Shown: one piece after another, positions 26,760-34,984 of the stretch | Position numbering within the stretch: the first letter of the stretch is position 1 | Layout of the letters: each line of letters opens with the position of its first letter | Assembly (NCBI GenBank): GCA_018062765.1 | Contig: JAGORR010000001.1 | Location: forward strand, 78,638 to 142,637 | Source: Minisyncoccota bacterium | GTDB taxonomy: Bacteria > Patescibacteriota > Minisyncoccia > Phycocordibacterales > Phycocordibacteraceae | Direction: 5' to 3' | DNA length: 64,000 nucleotides | Made by a program: the position numbers and the translations under genes | Notes under the pieces: generated by a model | What the model was told of the DNA's origin: nothing | Databases searched by the model: none | Seen by the model: only the letters and a program-made list of their open reading frames with translations

Positions 26760-27371
26760 ATGAAGCGGTACGCATTTATAGATGTCGAAAATACGGCCAC
26801 GACAGCCGAAGATATGCTTGGCTTTGTCGTTGATTGGTCAAAAGTGGCTGATTTCCTCAAGAATGTGAAAAGTTGTACAGAAGTGTTCTACTACACGGCT
26901 ATAGAGACTGGTGATGCCCAGAAGGCGGCAGAGTTCGAGGCGATCGATAAAACTGCCTGCTGCGTTGTTAGGGCGAAACAAAAGATGCTCTATAAGCGTA
27001 AGGACAAGTATCTTTCTTTCACGTGCTCAAAGTGCGGGGAACCCGGCAATAAAAGCATTGACATGGGGTACAACGTCAAAGGTAACTGCGATGTTGAATT
27101 AACGGTGGATGCTCTCGAGCATGGAGAGAAAGATAACGAATTTTACATATTCACGGGCGACGGTGATTTCGAGTACCTAGCTATAAAGCTTATGGAGCGG
27201 GGCGTTAAGGTCGTGTTTGTTTCTCACGCAAAAGTGATTCAGAGGGCTGGTCAGCCCTATGGACGGTATTCAAAAAAGCTTAGAGATCTTGTTGCTGCCA
27301 ACCCGACCCACCTCTCTTTCCAAGAACTAGATAATTGGAAGAAGAAATTTGAGCGCGTAATTGTGCCGTAA
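26760..27371 (+). CDS. NYN-domain protein with an inserted Cys4 zinc ribbon, in a lower-GC context.
   Basis: MKRYAFIDVEN N-terminus, TGDGDFEYLAIKL motif and CSKCG...C insert. AT-richer codon usage than the surrounding genes. Confidence 0.65.
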   Translation: MKRYAFIDVENTATTAEDMLGFVVDWSKVADFLKNVKSCTEVFYYTAIETGDAQKAAEFEAIDKTACCVVRAKQKMLYKRKDKYLSFTCSKCGEPGNKSIDMGYNVKGNCDVELTVDALEHGEKDNEFYIFTGDGDFEYLAIKLMERGVKVVFVSHAKVIQRAGQPYGRYSKKLRDLVAANPTHLSFQELDNWKKKFERVIVP

Positions 27372-27562
27372 ATACGCCGTATAAATACGAAAACGCCGCG
27401 AAGCGCGGCGCCTTCTAAGGACTCCCTCAGTATACTCAGGACCCATGAGGTGTCAATTAAGGGTCAAGGGGTCTTTCTAATAACCTGTTGATAGCTGATT
27501 TAAGAAGAATTTAAGATAGTTTCAAGTATAATTTTCACAAATGGATCAACCCGAGTTTCTTT

Positions 27563-28450
27563 CTATACTTTCGAGAGCAATACGGTTCCGAGGAGCGCAG
27601 AAAACCGCTGACTGTCGCTGTGTCGGTTGTTCCAATGGAACGAATACGCATCTAGATACCCCTGAAGGTGTCGCTTCGACACCACCTTATACGTCCCCCG
27701 AAGAGAGCGCTTCACGTGCGCCCAATACGCCTCAATAGTGTTTATGTAGATTGGGCCTCGCGCCCATTCTTTCTTTGAGTGATTCACCATGTATCGCTCG
27801 TAGCCTATAGCTACATTGTCTAGGGTCTTAGTAGCGTCAGTCATGAGCGCGGTGCCTTCCTCCTCAACGTTTTCCCGAAGAAACCGGCCGTGGGTATCTG
27901 CGCCTATGTCGGGTACGACCTTGGTGCGTACCTCGCCGTTTCGCTGTACCGCGCCTATAACCGGGGACTTAGCCCTAATGTTCCTGCTCTGGTGCATATT
28001 GTCCTTCCCGCCGTCACCCTTGCCGCCCATATAGGTGCTATCCACCTCGACAACCCCCGACAGCTTCTTGGGAGTCTGTTTCCCGAGGGATTCGCGGATC
28101 AGTTTCAGCATTCGCCACGCCGTCTTATAGGTCACTTCAAGCTGTCGCTCCATCTCCTTAGCTGAAATGCCGCTCTTGGCGTTAGAAAAGACCCACAGGG
28201 CATGGAACCAGAGGGAAAGGGGAGTATCTGACTTATGGAAGATCGTGCCTGCTGTAGGGGCTATCTGGAACCTACACTTGGAGCATTGATACTGTTTCCG
28301 GCCTGAAATGCGCCTGTAGGTACCACCACAGGAGCACTCCCGGCTGTGGAGGGAATCGAAAATGAAGTCCAGACAGACCGCGTCGGTCGGGAAATCACGT
28401 TTTAGGGAAGATAGGCCGTATTTACTCATTATTCTCACTCTATCGGACAT
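27563..28450 (-). mobile_element. IS1595-family (ISXO2-like) DDE transposase gene.
   Basis: N-terminal zinc ribbon (CSCGG...CSKC), HTH and a DDE domain with the typical IS1595 C-terminus. Lower GC. No convincing terminal inverted repeats were located. Confidence 0.75.
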
Positions 28451-28496
28451 GGATTATGTTGTCAAGGGATATCGGGGGATAACTAAGGGGACATGT

Positions 28497-28509
28497 GGAT
28501 AAAGGACAG
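28497..28509. repeat. GGATAAAGGACAG copy of the TAAAGGACA motif.
   Basis: Identical 13-mer to 22909-22921. It lies just outside the transposase start. Confidence 0.55.
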
Positions 28510-28577
28510 CGTCCAAGATGAACGGATTATGATGAGTCTTAAGAAAAGCTAGTAAATAAGCCGTTTTTCTAAACTCC

Positions 28578-28973
28578 ATGAATCTCGAGAAGGCCACAAA
28601 GAAGGAAATCGGTGATTATGGTGAAAGGGCCGTCGTCCGAGAGCTCGAGAGGAATGGCTACAGGCTAGTTGGTAGGAATATCGCACGAAAGACAGGAGAA
28701 ATAGACGTGCTAATGCGAAAGAGCGATACCCTCCACTTTATCGAAGTTAAGGCGCTCTCATGTGAGGAGTTGCCGGATCTTGAAGCGGTAAACGATCGCT
28801 ATGACCCCTCTGCAAACCTTCATGAGGCGAAGGTACGAAAAGTCGCCCGGACAGCTGAGTGGATAGTCGCAGAAAAGGAGTGGGAAGGGGATTGGCAGGT
28901 TGATGGCGCCCTAGTATGGCTCCGGCTGCGCGATGGAGTCGCCAAGGTCCTCCATCTGCCGCAAATCGTCTAG
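28578..28973 (+). CDS. yraN: YraN/UPF0102-family predicted endonuclease.
   Basis: GDYGERAVVRELERNGYRLVGRN...GEIDVLMRK...FIEVKA. Confidence 0.7.
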   Translation: MNLEKATKKEIGDYGERAVVRELERNGYRLVGRNIARKTGEIDVLMRKSDTLHFIEVKALSCEELPDLEAVNDRYDPSANLHEAKVRKVARTAEWIVAEKEWEGDWQVDGALVWLRLRDGVAKVLHLPQIV

Positions 28974-29074
28974 CAATGCTAGGATGGCCCATATAGGACG
29001 TTGGCCTATGTGTATGGGCGGTGAGCTAGGGTCATTATGTGCCGGAGTAGCTTGGGTGGGTTAAATCATTTGGT

Positions 29075-29148
29075 CGGGCCGTCGTATACCGGTAGTACGC
29101 TTGGTTTGGGACCAAGATGACCGGGTTCGATTCCCGGCGGCCCGACCA
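29075..29148 (+). tRNA. tRNA-Pro (anticodon TGG) with encoded CCA.
   Basis: Acceptor CGGGCCG/CGGCCCG, D-arm GTAT/GTAC, anticodon stem CTTGG/CCAAG, loop TTTGGGA, T-arm CCGGG TTCGATT CCCGG, then ACCA. Flanked by the inverted repeat 29061-29081 / 29138-29158. Confidence 0.85.
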
Positions 29149-29305
29149 AATGATTTAACGGCTCTCTGGGAGAGAGCCAAGGTCCGGAGGAAAGATGACC
29201 GGGACGACCCCTTACAGGGGCGGTATACCTTTCGGATATTTTGCATCGCAAGCTCGCAAATTATCTCGAAAGGTCTTGCGAACGCTCCAAGCATTCGCGT
29301 TCTCA

Positions 29306-29324
29306 CCCGGCGGCCCGACCAAAT
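29306..29324 (+). repeat. 19-nt direct repeat of the tRNA-Pro 3' end (CCCGGCGGCCCGACCAAAT). The first copy is 29133-29151.
   Basis: Exact match 173 nt downstream, followed by a T-run. Confidence 0.75.
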
Positions 29325-29383
29325 TTTTCGTGATGCGCACTGAATCGATTCTCCGGGGGAGAACCGTATGACTGGGTTAATGC

Positions 29384-29411
29384 AAAAAAGATCCGCGAAC
29401 GGATCTTTTTT
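29384..29411. terminator. Bidirectional terminator (A-run, GATCCG cgaa CGGATC, T-run).
   Basis: Perfect hairpin with symmetrical A and T tracts. Confidence 0.6.
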
Positions 29412-29434
29412 GCAATTGTAATTCCAGCGGTCCC

Positions 29435-30484
29435 CTAATCACTCGTCGCTTCAATAAGTATCTCCCGCAACGCTTTCGCCCTCGCCGCAAACGCATCTGC
29501 AAGATTCGGAAGTGGCGCGCTTAGGAGGTATTGCGAAAGACTCATGCCAGCGTCGAGCTCGAAGTTCTTCCTGATATGACGAGGTGTGATGGCGCGCACT
29601 TGGCGAGATGAGAGATCTGCTTCCGCCGAGCTTGTGGTGATGAGTCCGACCATTTCCCCGGAAAGCGAAGCGACAGCACCCCCCGAAGAACCTTCCTGCG
29701 CCGTATCGCTTCCAGACACTGACAGCAAATCGATAGTATTCTCGCCAAACGTATAAACCTTCTCAATCTCTCCGCCATCAACAATGAGTGGTAATGCATT
29801 CTGGATGAGTTCGCTCCCAGCAAACTCAGCGCCGTACGCTGCGAGTACTACGGTGTCGCCTGTGCGTGCATCCGTATCAGCAAGTGGAAGTGAAGGAAAT
29901 GAGGAGGGAAGTGGTGTGCCAGAAATTGTTCCGGTGATGTACAGGAGCGCAAAATCACTCTCACCGGTCCCAGTTGGTGCTGCGTCTGAAAGAGTCGCTT
30001 GATTAGCGGTTATCCAGTGCGTCGATACGTACAGGGGATCTGCCGTGTATGTCGCAACAGCAGGACTTCCAACTCGTACAGAACAACGAATGCTATTTGG
30101 TTTCGGATAATCGCGCAGGATAAAGTACTGTCCGATGTGAGCGGCGGTAAGGATGACACCGCGCGAATCGATGAAGACGCCGCTTCCAGAAATTGATTTG
30201 AATGGACTACCGTCCGTCGTGCAGAGAATATTCACCGCAGCATTTCCGGCAAGTCGAACCGCAGCGTCCAATTTTCGCGTATCCAGAGGTGCGCCCGCGT
30301 CTGCGACTGCTGCGGGCTGCGGAGGAGCTTCGATCAGTGTTGCGCCAGGAAGTGTCGTAGTCGCGAGTGGCGTCGCTTCCTCTATGACGATAGTCGTTGG
30401 AGAGCGAAAACCTGTGGTTGCTATGGCGATAACAGCAAACGCAAGGAGGCCTGCGCCCGCGTAGGAGATCCAGTCACGCTTCAT
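29435..30484 (-). CDS. Trypsin-like (S1) serine protease, membrane anchored.
   Basis: N-terminal TM segment. TAAHI (His), GDTVVLAAYG and a GSSGGAV-type Ser motif. Confidence 0.65.
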   Translation of the reverse strand: MKRDWISYAGAGLLAFAVIAIATTGFRSPTTIVIEEATPLATTTLPGATLIEAPPQPAAVADAGAPLDTRKLDAAVRLAGNAAVNILCTTDGSPFKSISGSGVFIDSRGVILTAAHIGQYFILRDYPKPNSIRCSVRVGSPAVATYTADPLYVSTHWITANQATLSDAAPTGTGESDFALLYITGTISGTPLPSSFPSLPLADTDARTGDTVVLAAYGAEFAGSELIQNALPLIVDGGEIEKVYTFGENTIDLLSVSGSDTAQEGSSGGAVASLSGEMVGLITTSSAEADLSSRQVRAITPRHIRKNFELDAGMSLSQYLLSAPLPNLADAFAARAKALREILIEATSD

Positions 30485-30485
30485 G

Positions 30486-30556
30486 TGCGGGATAGGAGAA
30501 TCGAACTCCTGCTAGCAGTTTGGAAAACTGCAGTTCTACCATTAAACTAATCCCGC
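30486..30556 (-). tRNA. tRNA-Gly (anticodon TCC), no encoded CCA.
   Basis: The reverse complement folds with acceptor GCGGGAT/ATCCCGC, anticodon stem GCAGT/ACTGC, loop TTTCCAA and T-arm AGGAG TTCGATT CTCCT. Confidence 0.8.
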
Positions 30557-30642
30557 GTTCTTCGCCGCTACGATACCATTTTGACGGCAACCGCGCATCG
30601 GTCCCGGTATCGAGCTGGTCCCCCGTGCGTTATGCTTTCATC

Positions 30643-30915
30643 ATGATTCCTGATCCCCTCCACCACCTAGAGCGCACCACCGAGCGTATGAATGAGTTCA
30701 TGCACGCAAGGCATCATACGGCCTTCAGCAAATACCCACTCCTGTTTGCCTTGCTAGGCGCTTTTGGCGTTGTTGCCGTCATGTATGGGCTCGAGAACAT
30801 GCTCGGCCAGATACGGGTTGTTAAAGAGTATCCGGTACTTTCGTTCCTCGCGGGCGTAGCAATCCTCCTTTTCACTGGGTCGTTGTATAAGCGTATCGAT
30901 AAGAAGCTCGATTAA
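30643..30915 (+). CDS. Small membrane protein (2 TM), hypothetical.
   Basis: The ORF-track start at 30520 (TTG) lies inside the minus-strand tRNA. Start is trimmed to the internal ATG (MIPDPLHH...). Confidence 0.35.
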   Translation: MIPDPLHHLERTTERMNEFMHARHHTAFSKYPLLFALLGAFGVVAVMYGLENMLGQIRVVKEYPVLSFLAGVAILLFTGSLYKRIDKKLD

Positions 30916-30984
30916 CCCCGATTCACTCTTTCTCCATATCTGTGCTATAGAATGCGGTTAGGTATTACCGGCTAGTTTTCTCAT

Positions 30985-32391
30985 ATGACCATCACTTCCA
31001 ACCTCAAAAGGGCGGCAGGCTTTGCGCTCGTCCTCGGGCTCGTGCTCTCCTCTGGTGCCGTCATAGGCGCCAAGGGCGTAGAAGCTGCTTCCTGCTCCTT
31101 TTCCCGAGACCTCTACATAGGCGTCTCGTGGGGAGAGGATGTGCGTTGTCTCCAGGGCACGCTCTCCTCTATGGGCTACTACGTACCCCAGACGGGGACC
31201 TATGGCAATGAGACGGCCATCGCCGTCGCTCGCTGGCAGGCCACCAAGGGTATTAGCCTCGCAAATGGGGTATTTGGCCCTGTCTCCCGTTCCGCTATGG
31301 GTGGCTACTCGGGCACCCCGACCTACCCAGGTACCTCATGGCAGGACAACGACTCAGACGAGGCATACCGAGCCATTTTGGACGCGGTCGCGGCTTACGT
31401 GGACGCCCTGGACGAGTTCCGGGACGCTGAGGACGATAACGACCGCACGGGGGACGCTGAGGACCTTCTTGAGGACGCCCTCGATGAGATACGCGACGCA
31501 CTCCAGTCCTTCATCCGTCATGACTTCGATGACGCGATAGATGCCGCCGAGGAAGCAGAGGACCTCGCAGACGAGGCGATGGACGAAATAGATGGAGATC
31601 GCGATGACGATAACGACAACGACCGCGAAGACGCCGAGGATGCCATCGATGAGGCGTGGGACGCTATCGATGAGGCCGAGGATGAGATAGAGAACGCAGA
31701 CGACCGCGGCGACGATGTCGATGAGGCCGAAGAGCTTCTTGATGACGCCTGGGATGCCATCAATGATGCTGAAGAGGCATACGATGACCGCGATTACGAT
31801 GACGCAGTCGACTACGCGCGGGACGCGGAGGACCTCGCCAAGGACGCAATCGATGCTATCGACGAGGATCGTAACGATTACGACGACGACGATGCAGCCG
31901 ACGCACTCGATGACGCGAACGACGCTATCAATGACGCATGGGACGAAGTTGATGATGCGCGCCGCGATGGCGACGATGTCGACCGCGCCGAGGACCTCCT
32001 TGATGACGCAGAGAACCGTTACGATGATGCGATCGAAGCGTTCGATGATGAGGATTGGGATGATGCGGTCGAGTTTGCGCATGACGCTGAGGACCTCGCG
32101 CATGACGCAGTTGATGCCATCGACGAAGACGACAACGATGGTGATCGGCAAGACGCGATCGACGAAATAAATGATGCGTACGACATAATCCGTGATGCGC
32201 AGGATGAGATTGAGGATGCGGACGACGATGGCGCGGATGTCGACGAGGCGGAGGATCTCTTGCAGGATGCGGTAGACGCATACAACGATGCCGTCGAAGC
32301 GTTTGAAGATCACGACTACGACGATGCTATCGATCTTGCTGAGGAAGCTCAGGATCTTGCCGACGACGCGGTAGACGCAATTGGCTACTAA
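30985..32391 (+). CDS. Exported protein with a PG_binding_1-like domain followed by about 330 aa of hyper-acidic degenerate repeats (D/E/A plus periodic I/L/Y/W).
   Basis: Signal peptide. DLYIGVSWGEDVRCLQGTL...WQATKGISLANGVFGP matches the peptidoglycan-binding fold consensus. The rest is about 45% Asp+Glu in about 50-aa repeat units. Confidence 0.7.
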   Translation: MTITSNLKRAAGFALVLGLVLSSGAVIGAKGVEAASCSFSRDLYIGVSWGEDVRCLQGTLSSMGYYVPQTGTYGNETAIAVARWQATKGISLANGVFGPVSRSAMGGYSGTPTYPGTSWQDNDSDEAYRAILDAVAAYVDALDEFRDAEDDNDRTGDAEDLLEDALDEIRDALQSFIRHDFDDAIDAAEEAEDLADEAMDEIDGDRDDDNDNDREDAEDAIDEAWDAIDEAEDEIENADDRGDDVDEAEELLDDAWDAINDAEEAYDDRDYDDAVDYARDAEDLAKDAIDAIDEDRNDYDDDDAADALDDANDAINDAWDEVDDARRDGDDVDRAEDLLDDAENRYDDAIEAFDDEDWDDAVEFAHDAEDLAHDAVDAIDEDDNDGDRQDAIDEINDAYDIIRDAQDEIEDADDDGADVDEAEDLLQDAVDAYNDAVEAFEDHDYDDAIDLAEEAQDLADDAVDAIGY

Positions 32392-32404
32392 TTAGTTTCT
32401 TCTA

Positions 32405-32447
32405 GAGAAAATCCGCAGCCGTCGAGGCTGCGGATTTTCTCTTTATG
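32405..32447 (+). terminator. Rho-independent terminator between the two acidic-repeat genes.
   Basis: 16-bp stem GAGAAAATCCGCAGCC/GGCTGCGGATTTTCTC followed by a T-run. Confidence 0.6.
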
Positions 32448-32512
32448 CGCACATCATTAGCTCATAAGGTGCGTGCTATCGTTTACGCATTACTCAAAAA
32501 GCATCGTTTCGT

Positions 32513-33679
32513 ATGAAAACGTCACGCCTGTCACGCTTATCCGCCGCTGCACTTCTCGCACTCTCGCTTGCCGTCGCGAGTTTCGCACCGCTCGCTGCAT
32601 CCGCAGCAGCGTGCTCACTTACTCGCGACCTGTATCTCGGTGATACTGGCGAGGATGTGCGCTGCTTGCAGCGGTACTTGAACGGCGCGGGCTTTACCGT
32701 ATCGTCGAGCGGTGTTGGTTCTCCCGGGTCGGAGACGAATCAGTACCAGTTGAAGACAGTCGATGCGGTGAAGAAGTGGCAGACGGCGAACGGAATTAGT
32801 CCAGCGACCGGAGGATTCGGTCCGTTGTCGCGCGCGAAGTATGCGGCGCTTGCGGGCGGCAGCGTGACTATGCCGACACCTTCGACACCTTCCACTGGCG
32901 CCGTGACCGCAGCAAGCGTATCCGCTTTGACTGCGATAAACGAGGCGCGTGAAGCGTACGAAGATGCGCGGGATGCCGTAGCGGATGATGGAAGCGATGA
33001 CGCCGATGACTATCTCGATACCGCGCGAGAGAATTTACTCAACGCGCTCTACGCATACATCGCGGGAAACTATCCATCAGCTGAGTCGCGTGCTGATACT
33101 TCGACCAGTGCTTCCAAAAACGCGCTCGATGAAGTTGGTGGCGACGAAGATGAAGATGAGGACGAAGATCATGACACCGATGAGGAGGGGGCAGACGACG
33201 CGATAGAGGAAGCTAAGCAGGCGATACGTGACGCCGATGACGCGATTGAAGAGGCGCAGGATGAGGGTGACGACACTGAGGACGCAGAAGATTTGATTGA
33301 GGATGCACGAGAGAAACTCGACGAAGCAGAGGAAGCATTCGACGATGAGGAGTGGGATGACGCGATAGAAGCTGCGGAAGAAGCGAAAGACCTTGCGGAT
33401 GAATCCTATGAGGAGGCAGGAGGAGAGGATGCTGACGCGGAGGAAGCGGCGGACGATGCAATCGATGCTGCAGTGCACGCTATTAACGTCGCGTGGAACG
33501 CTATAGAGGAAGCGGATGACGACGGTGATGATACGGAAGAGGCAGAGGACATCGTAAACGAAGCGGAGGCACGGCTCGATGACGCCCGGGATGAGTTCGA
33601 GGACGAGGATTGGGATGAAGCAATCGAGTCCGCAGAGGAGGCCGAGGAGCTTGCAGAAGAGGCTGAAAACGCGCTCTAG
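32513..33679 (+). CDS. Paralogous exported PG_binding_1-like protein with a Glu/Asp-rich acidic repeat region.
   Basis: Signal peptide. DLYLGDTGEDVRCLQRYL...WQTANGISPATGGFGP, then DDAIEEA.../WDDAIEAAEEA repeats. Confidence 0.7.
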   Translation: MKTSRLSRLSAAALLALSLAVASFAPLAASAAACSLTRDLYLGDTGEDVRCLQRYLNGAGFTVSSSGVGSPGSETNQYQLKTVDAVKKWQTANGISPATGGFGPLSRAKYAALAGGSVTMPTPSTPSTGAVTAASVSALTAINEAREAYEDARDAVADDGSDDADDYLDTARENLLNALYAYIAGNYPSAESRADTSTSASKNALDEVGGDEDEDEDEDHDTDEEGADDAIEEAKQAIRDADDAIEEAQDEGDDTEDAEDLIEDAREKLDEAEEAFDDEEWDDAIEAAEEAKDLADESYEEAGGEDADAEEAADDAIDAAVHAINVAWNAIEEADDDGDDTEEAEDIVNEAEARLDDARDEFEDEDWDEAIESAEEAEELAEEAENAL

Positions 33680-33696
33680 CCCTCAGGTTCCACGCT

Positions 33697-33734
33697 AACA
33701 AGCCGCGACTCAAAGAGAGTCGCGGCTTGTTTCG
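33697..33734 (+). terminator. Rho-independent terminator (13-bp stem CAAGCCGCGACTC/GAGTCGCGGCTTG).
   Basis: Hairpin plus TTTCGC. Confidence 0.55.
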
Positions 33735-33818
33735 CAACTAGGCAATGAATAGTTGCGGGGCACGCACGTTTTGATAGGGTCAGGATAGAAACCAACGTAC
33801 CTGCAAAAGGAGGCAACA

Positions 33819-34937
33819 ATGCCAAGAACACGTACGAAACGTCTCGCGGCGCACCAGCGGCTCCGGTACGGGGAGAACCCGCACACCAAGAACGCGGAGC
33901 ACCTCGTCATCCTTCCTGAGAAGAAGGATCTCTTTGCGGCACATCGCTTCGAGCAGATTCTCGGTCGGATTCCAAGTTATGGGAATGTCGCTGGTCTCGA
34001 TGAGGTGGTGCGGACGATGACTCGCATCGCCGCTTGCTACGCAGTGAACTTTGGCAGAAGCAAACGCCGGCGCATTACCGTGGTTCAGAAGCACGGCATC
34101 ACGTGTGGTGCGGCCGTTCGCACGATTCCGCTTCGTGCGCCGCCGCGTAAGCGAGCCGAGGTCACGCTCGAGTCGGCGCGGATGGCAATCGCGGGTGATC
34201 CGGAGAGTGCGCACGGCGGCGTCGTCGGAGCGAATTACGTCATCGACGGTGTTGTCGCAAGTGCGCTCCGAAGTCACCTCAATGATTCCAACATGCCTCT
34301 GCGTCCCTTCGACGTCGTCGTTGCCGCAGGGTTTACCAAGGAAGCGGTTCGTATCCTCAATCGAGCGAAAGAGGCGCGTTGCATACTGCTCGTGAATCCT
34401 GCACTCGAACGCATGGGCAAGGGGTCGATGGAGCGCGGGGTACGTTATCGTTTTGTGCGCGGTGGTCTTCTCACTGAAAATGTTGAGACGCCGATACCGG
34501 TCATCGAGGAGGATGGTGGCGCGGTTTACCGTATCTGGGGAAACAAGGATCCTAAGAAGCAGGGAACCGATTACGTGAAGCTCCATCAGGCGAACCTCGC
34601 CCTCGCGTGGGCCGTAGGCGCGGCTCCCGCGAATGCGATTGCGATAACCGGTGACGAAATGCTTCTTGCACTTGCGGCTGGTGATCAGAATCGCAAACGT
34701 GCGGCCTTGCGCGCCAAGCAGATGATCTTTTCGGTGACCGAATTCCTCGCTCCAAAAGCTGCGTACAGCAACGGATTCTTTGGATTTGTGGACGCGCCGC
34801 GTGTCCTCGCGTACGGCATCGACGTCATCATGGTTCCCGCGGGATCCATGCGCGACCAAGAAATCGGGATGGAGCTCGCCGACAGAACGGTGCTCATGCA
34901 GATTCCGCGTGAGTGGCGAAGCTTCGCGAAAGAGTGA
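33819..34937 (+). CDS. Stand-alone AICAR transformylase (PurH C-terminal, AICARFT) domain protein with no IMP cyclohydrolase/MGS domain.
   Basis: LRYGENPH, VVQKHGITCGAA, DPESAHGGVV, NAIAITGDEM and VPAGSMRDQEI align with the conserved blocks of the PurH formyltransferase domain. AAGGAGG Shine-Dalgarno 7 nt upstream. Confidence 0.6.
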   Translation: MPRTRTKRLAAHQRLRYGENPHTKNAEHLVILPEKKDLFAAHRFEQILGRIPSYGNVAGLDEVVRTMTRIAACYAVNFGRSKRRRITVVQKHGITCGAAVRTIPLRAPPRKRAEVTLESARMAIAGDPESAHGGVVGANYVIDGVVASALRSHLNDSNMPLRPFDVVVAAGFTKEAVRILNRAKEARCILLVNPALERMGKGSMERGVRYRFVRGGLLTENVETPIPVIEEDGGAVYRIWGNKDPKKQGTDYVKLHQANLALAWAVGAAPANAIAITGDEMLLALAAGDQNRKRAALRAKQMIFSVTEFLAPKAAYSNGFFGFVDAPRVLAYGIDVIMVPAGSMRDQEIGMELADRTVLMQIPREWRSFAKE

Positions 34938-34940
34938 CGA

Positions 34941-34976
34941 AAACGGCCGCCCCTCGGGCGGCCGTTTCTTTTTTGT
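34941..34976. terminator. Bidirectional terminator (GGCCGCCC ctc GGGCGGCC followed by a T-run).
   Basis: Hairpin with a U-run on the plus strand and a shorter one on the minus strand. Confidence 0.55.
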
Positions 34977-34984
34977 TATGCGCG

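Noticed and set aside
27373-28560. Terminal inverted repeats delimiting the IS1595 element.
   Set aside because: Could not find matching ends by eye. Only the transposase gene is reported.
30520-30642. 5' part of ORF 30520-30915.
   Set aside because: It starts with TTG inside the minus-strand tRNA-Gly(TCC) gene. Trimmed to the internal ATG at 30643.
31354-32313. Long minus-strand and alternate-frame ORFs inside the acidic-repeat genes (31354-32313, 31928-32281, 33077-33478 and others).
   Set aside because: Artefacts of the GAC/GAT/GAA-rich repeats, which leave all frames open. The plus-strand frame has the signal peptide and PG-binding domain.
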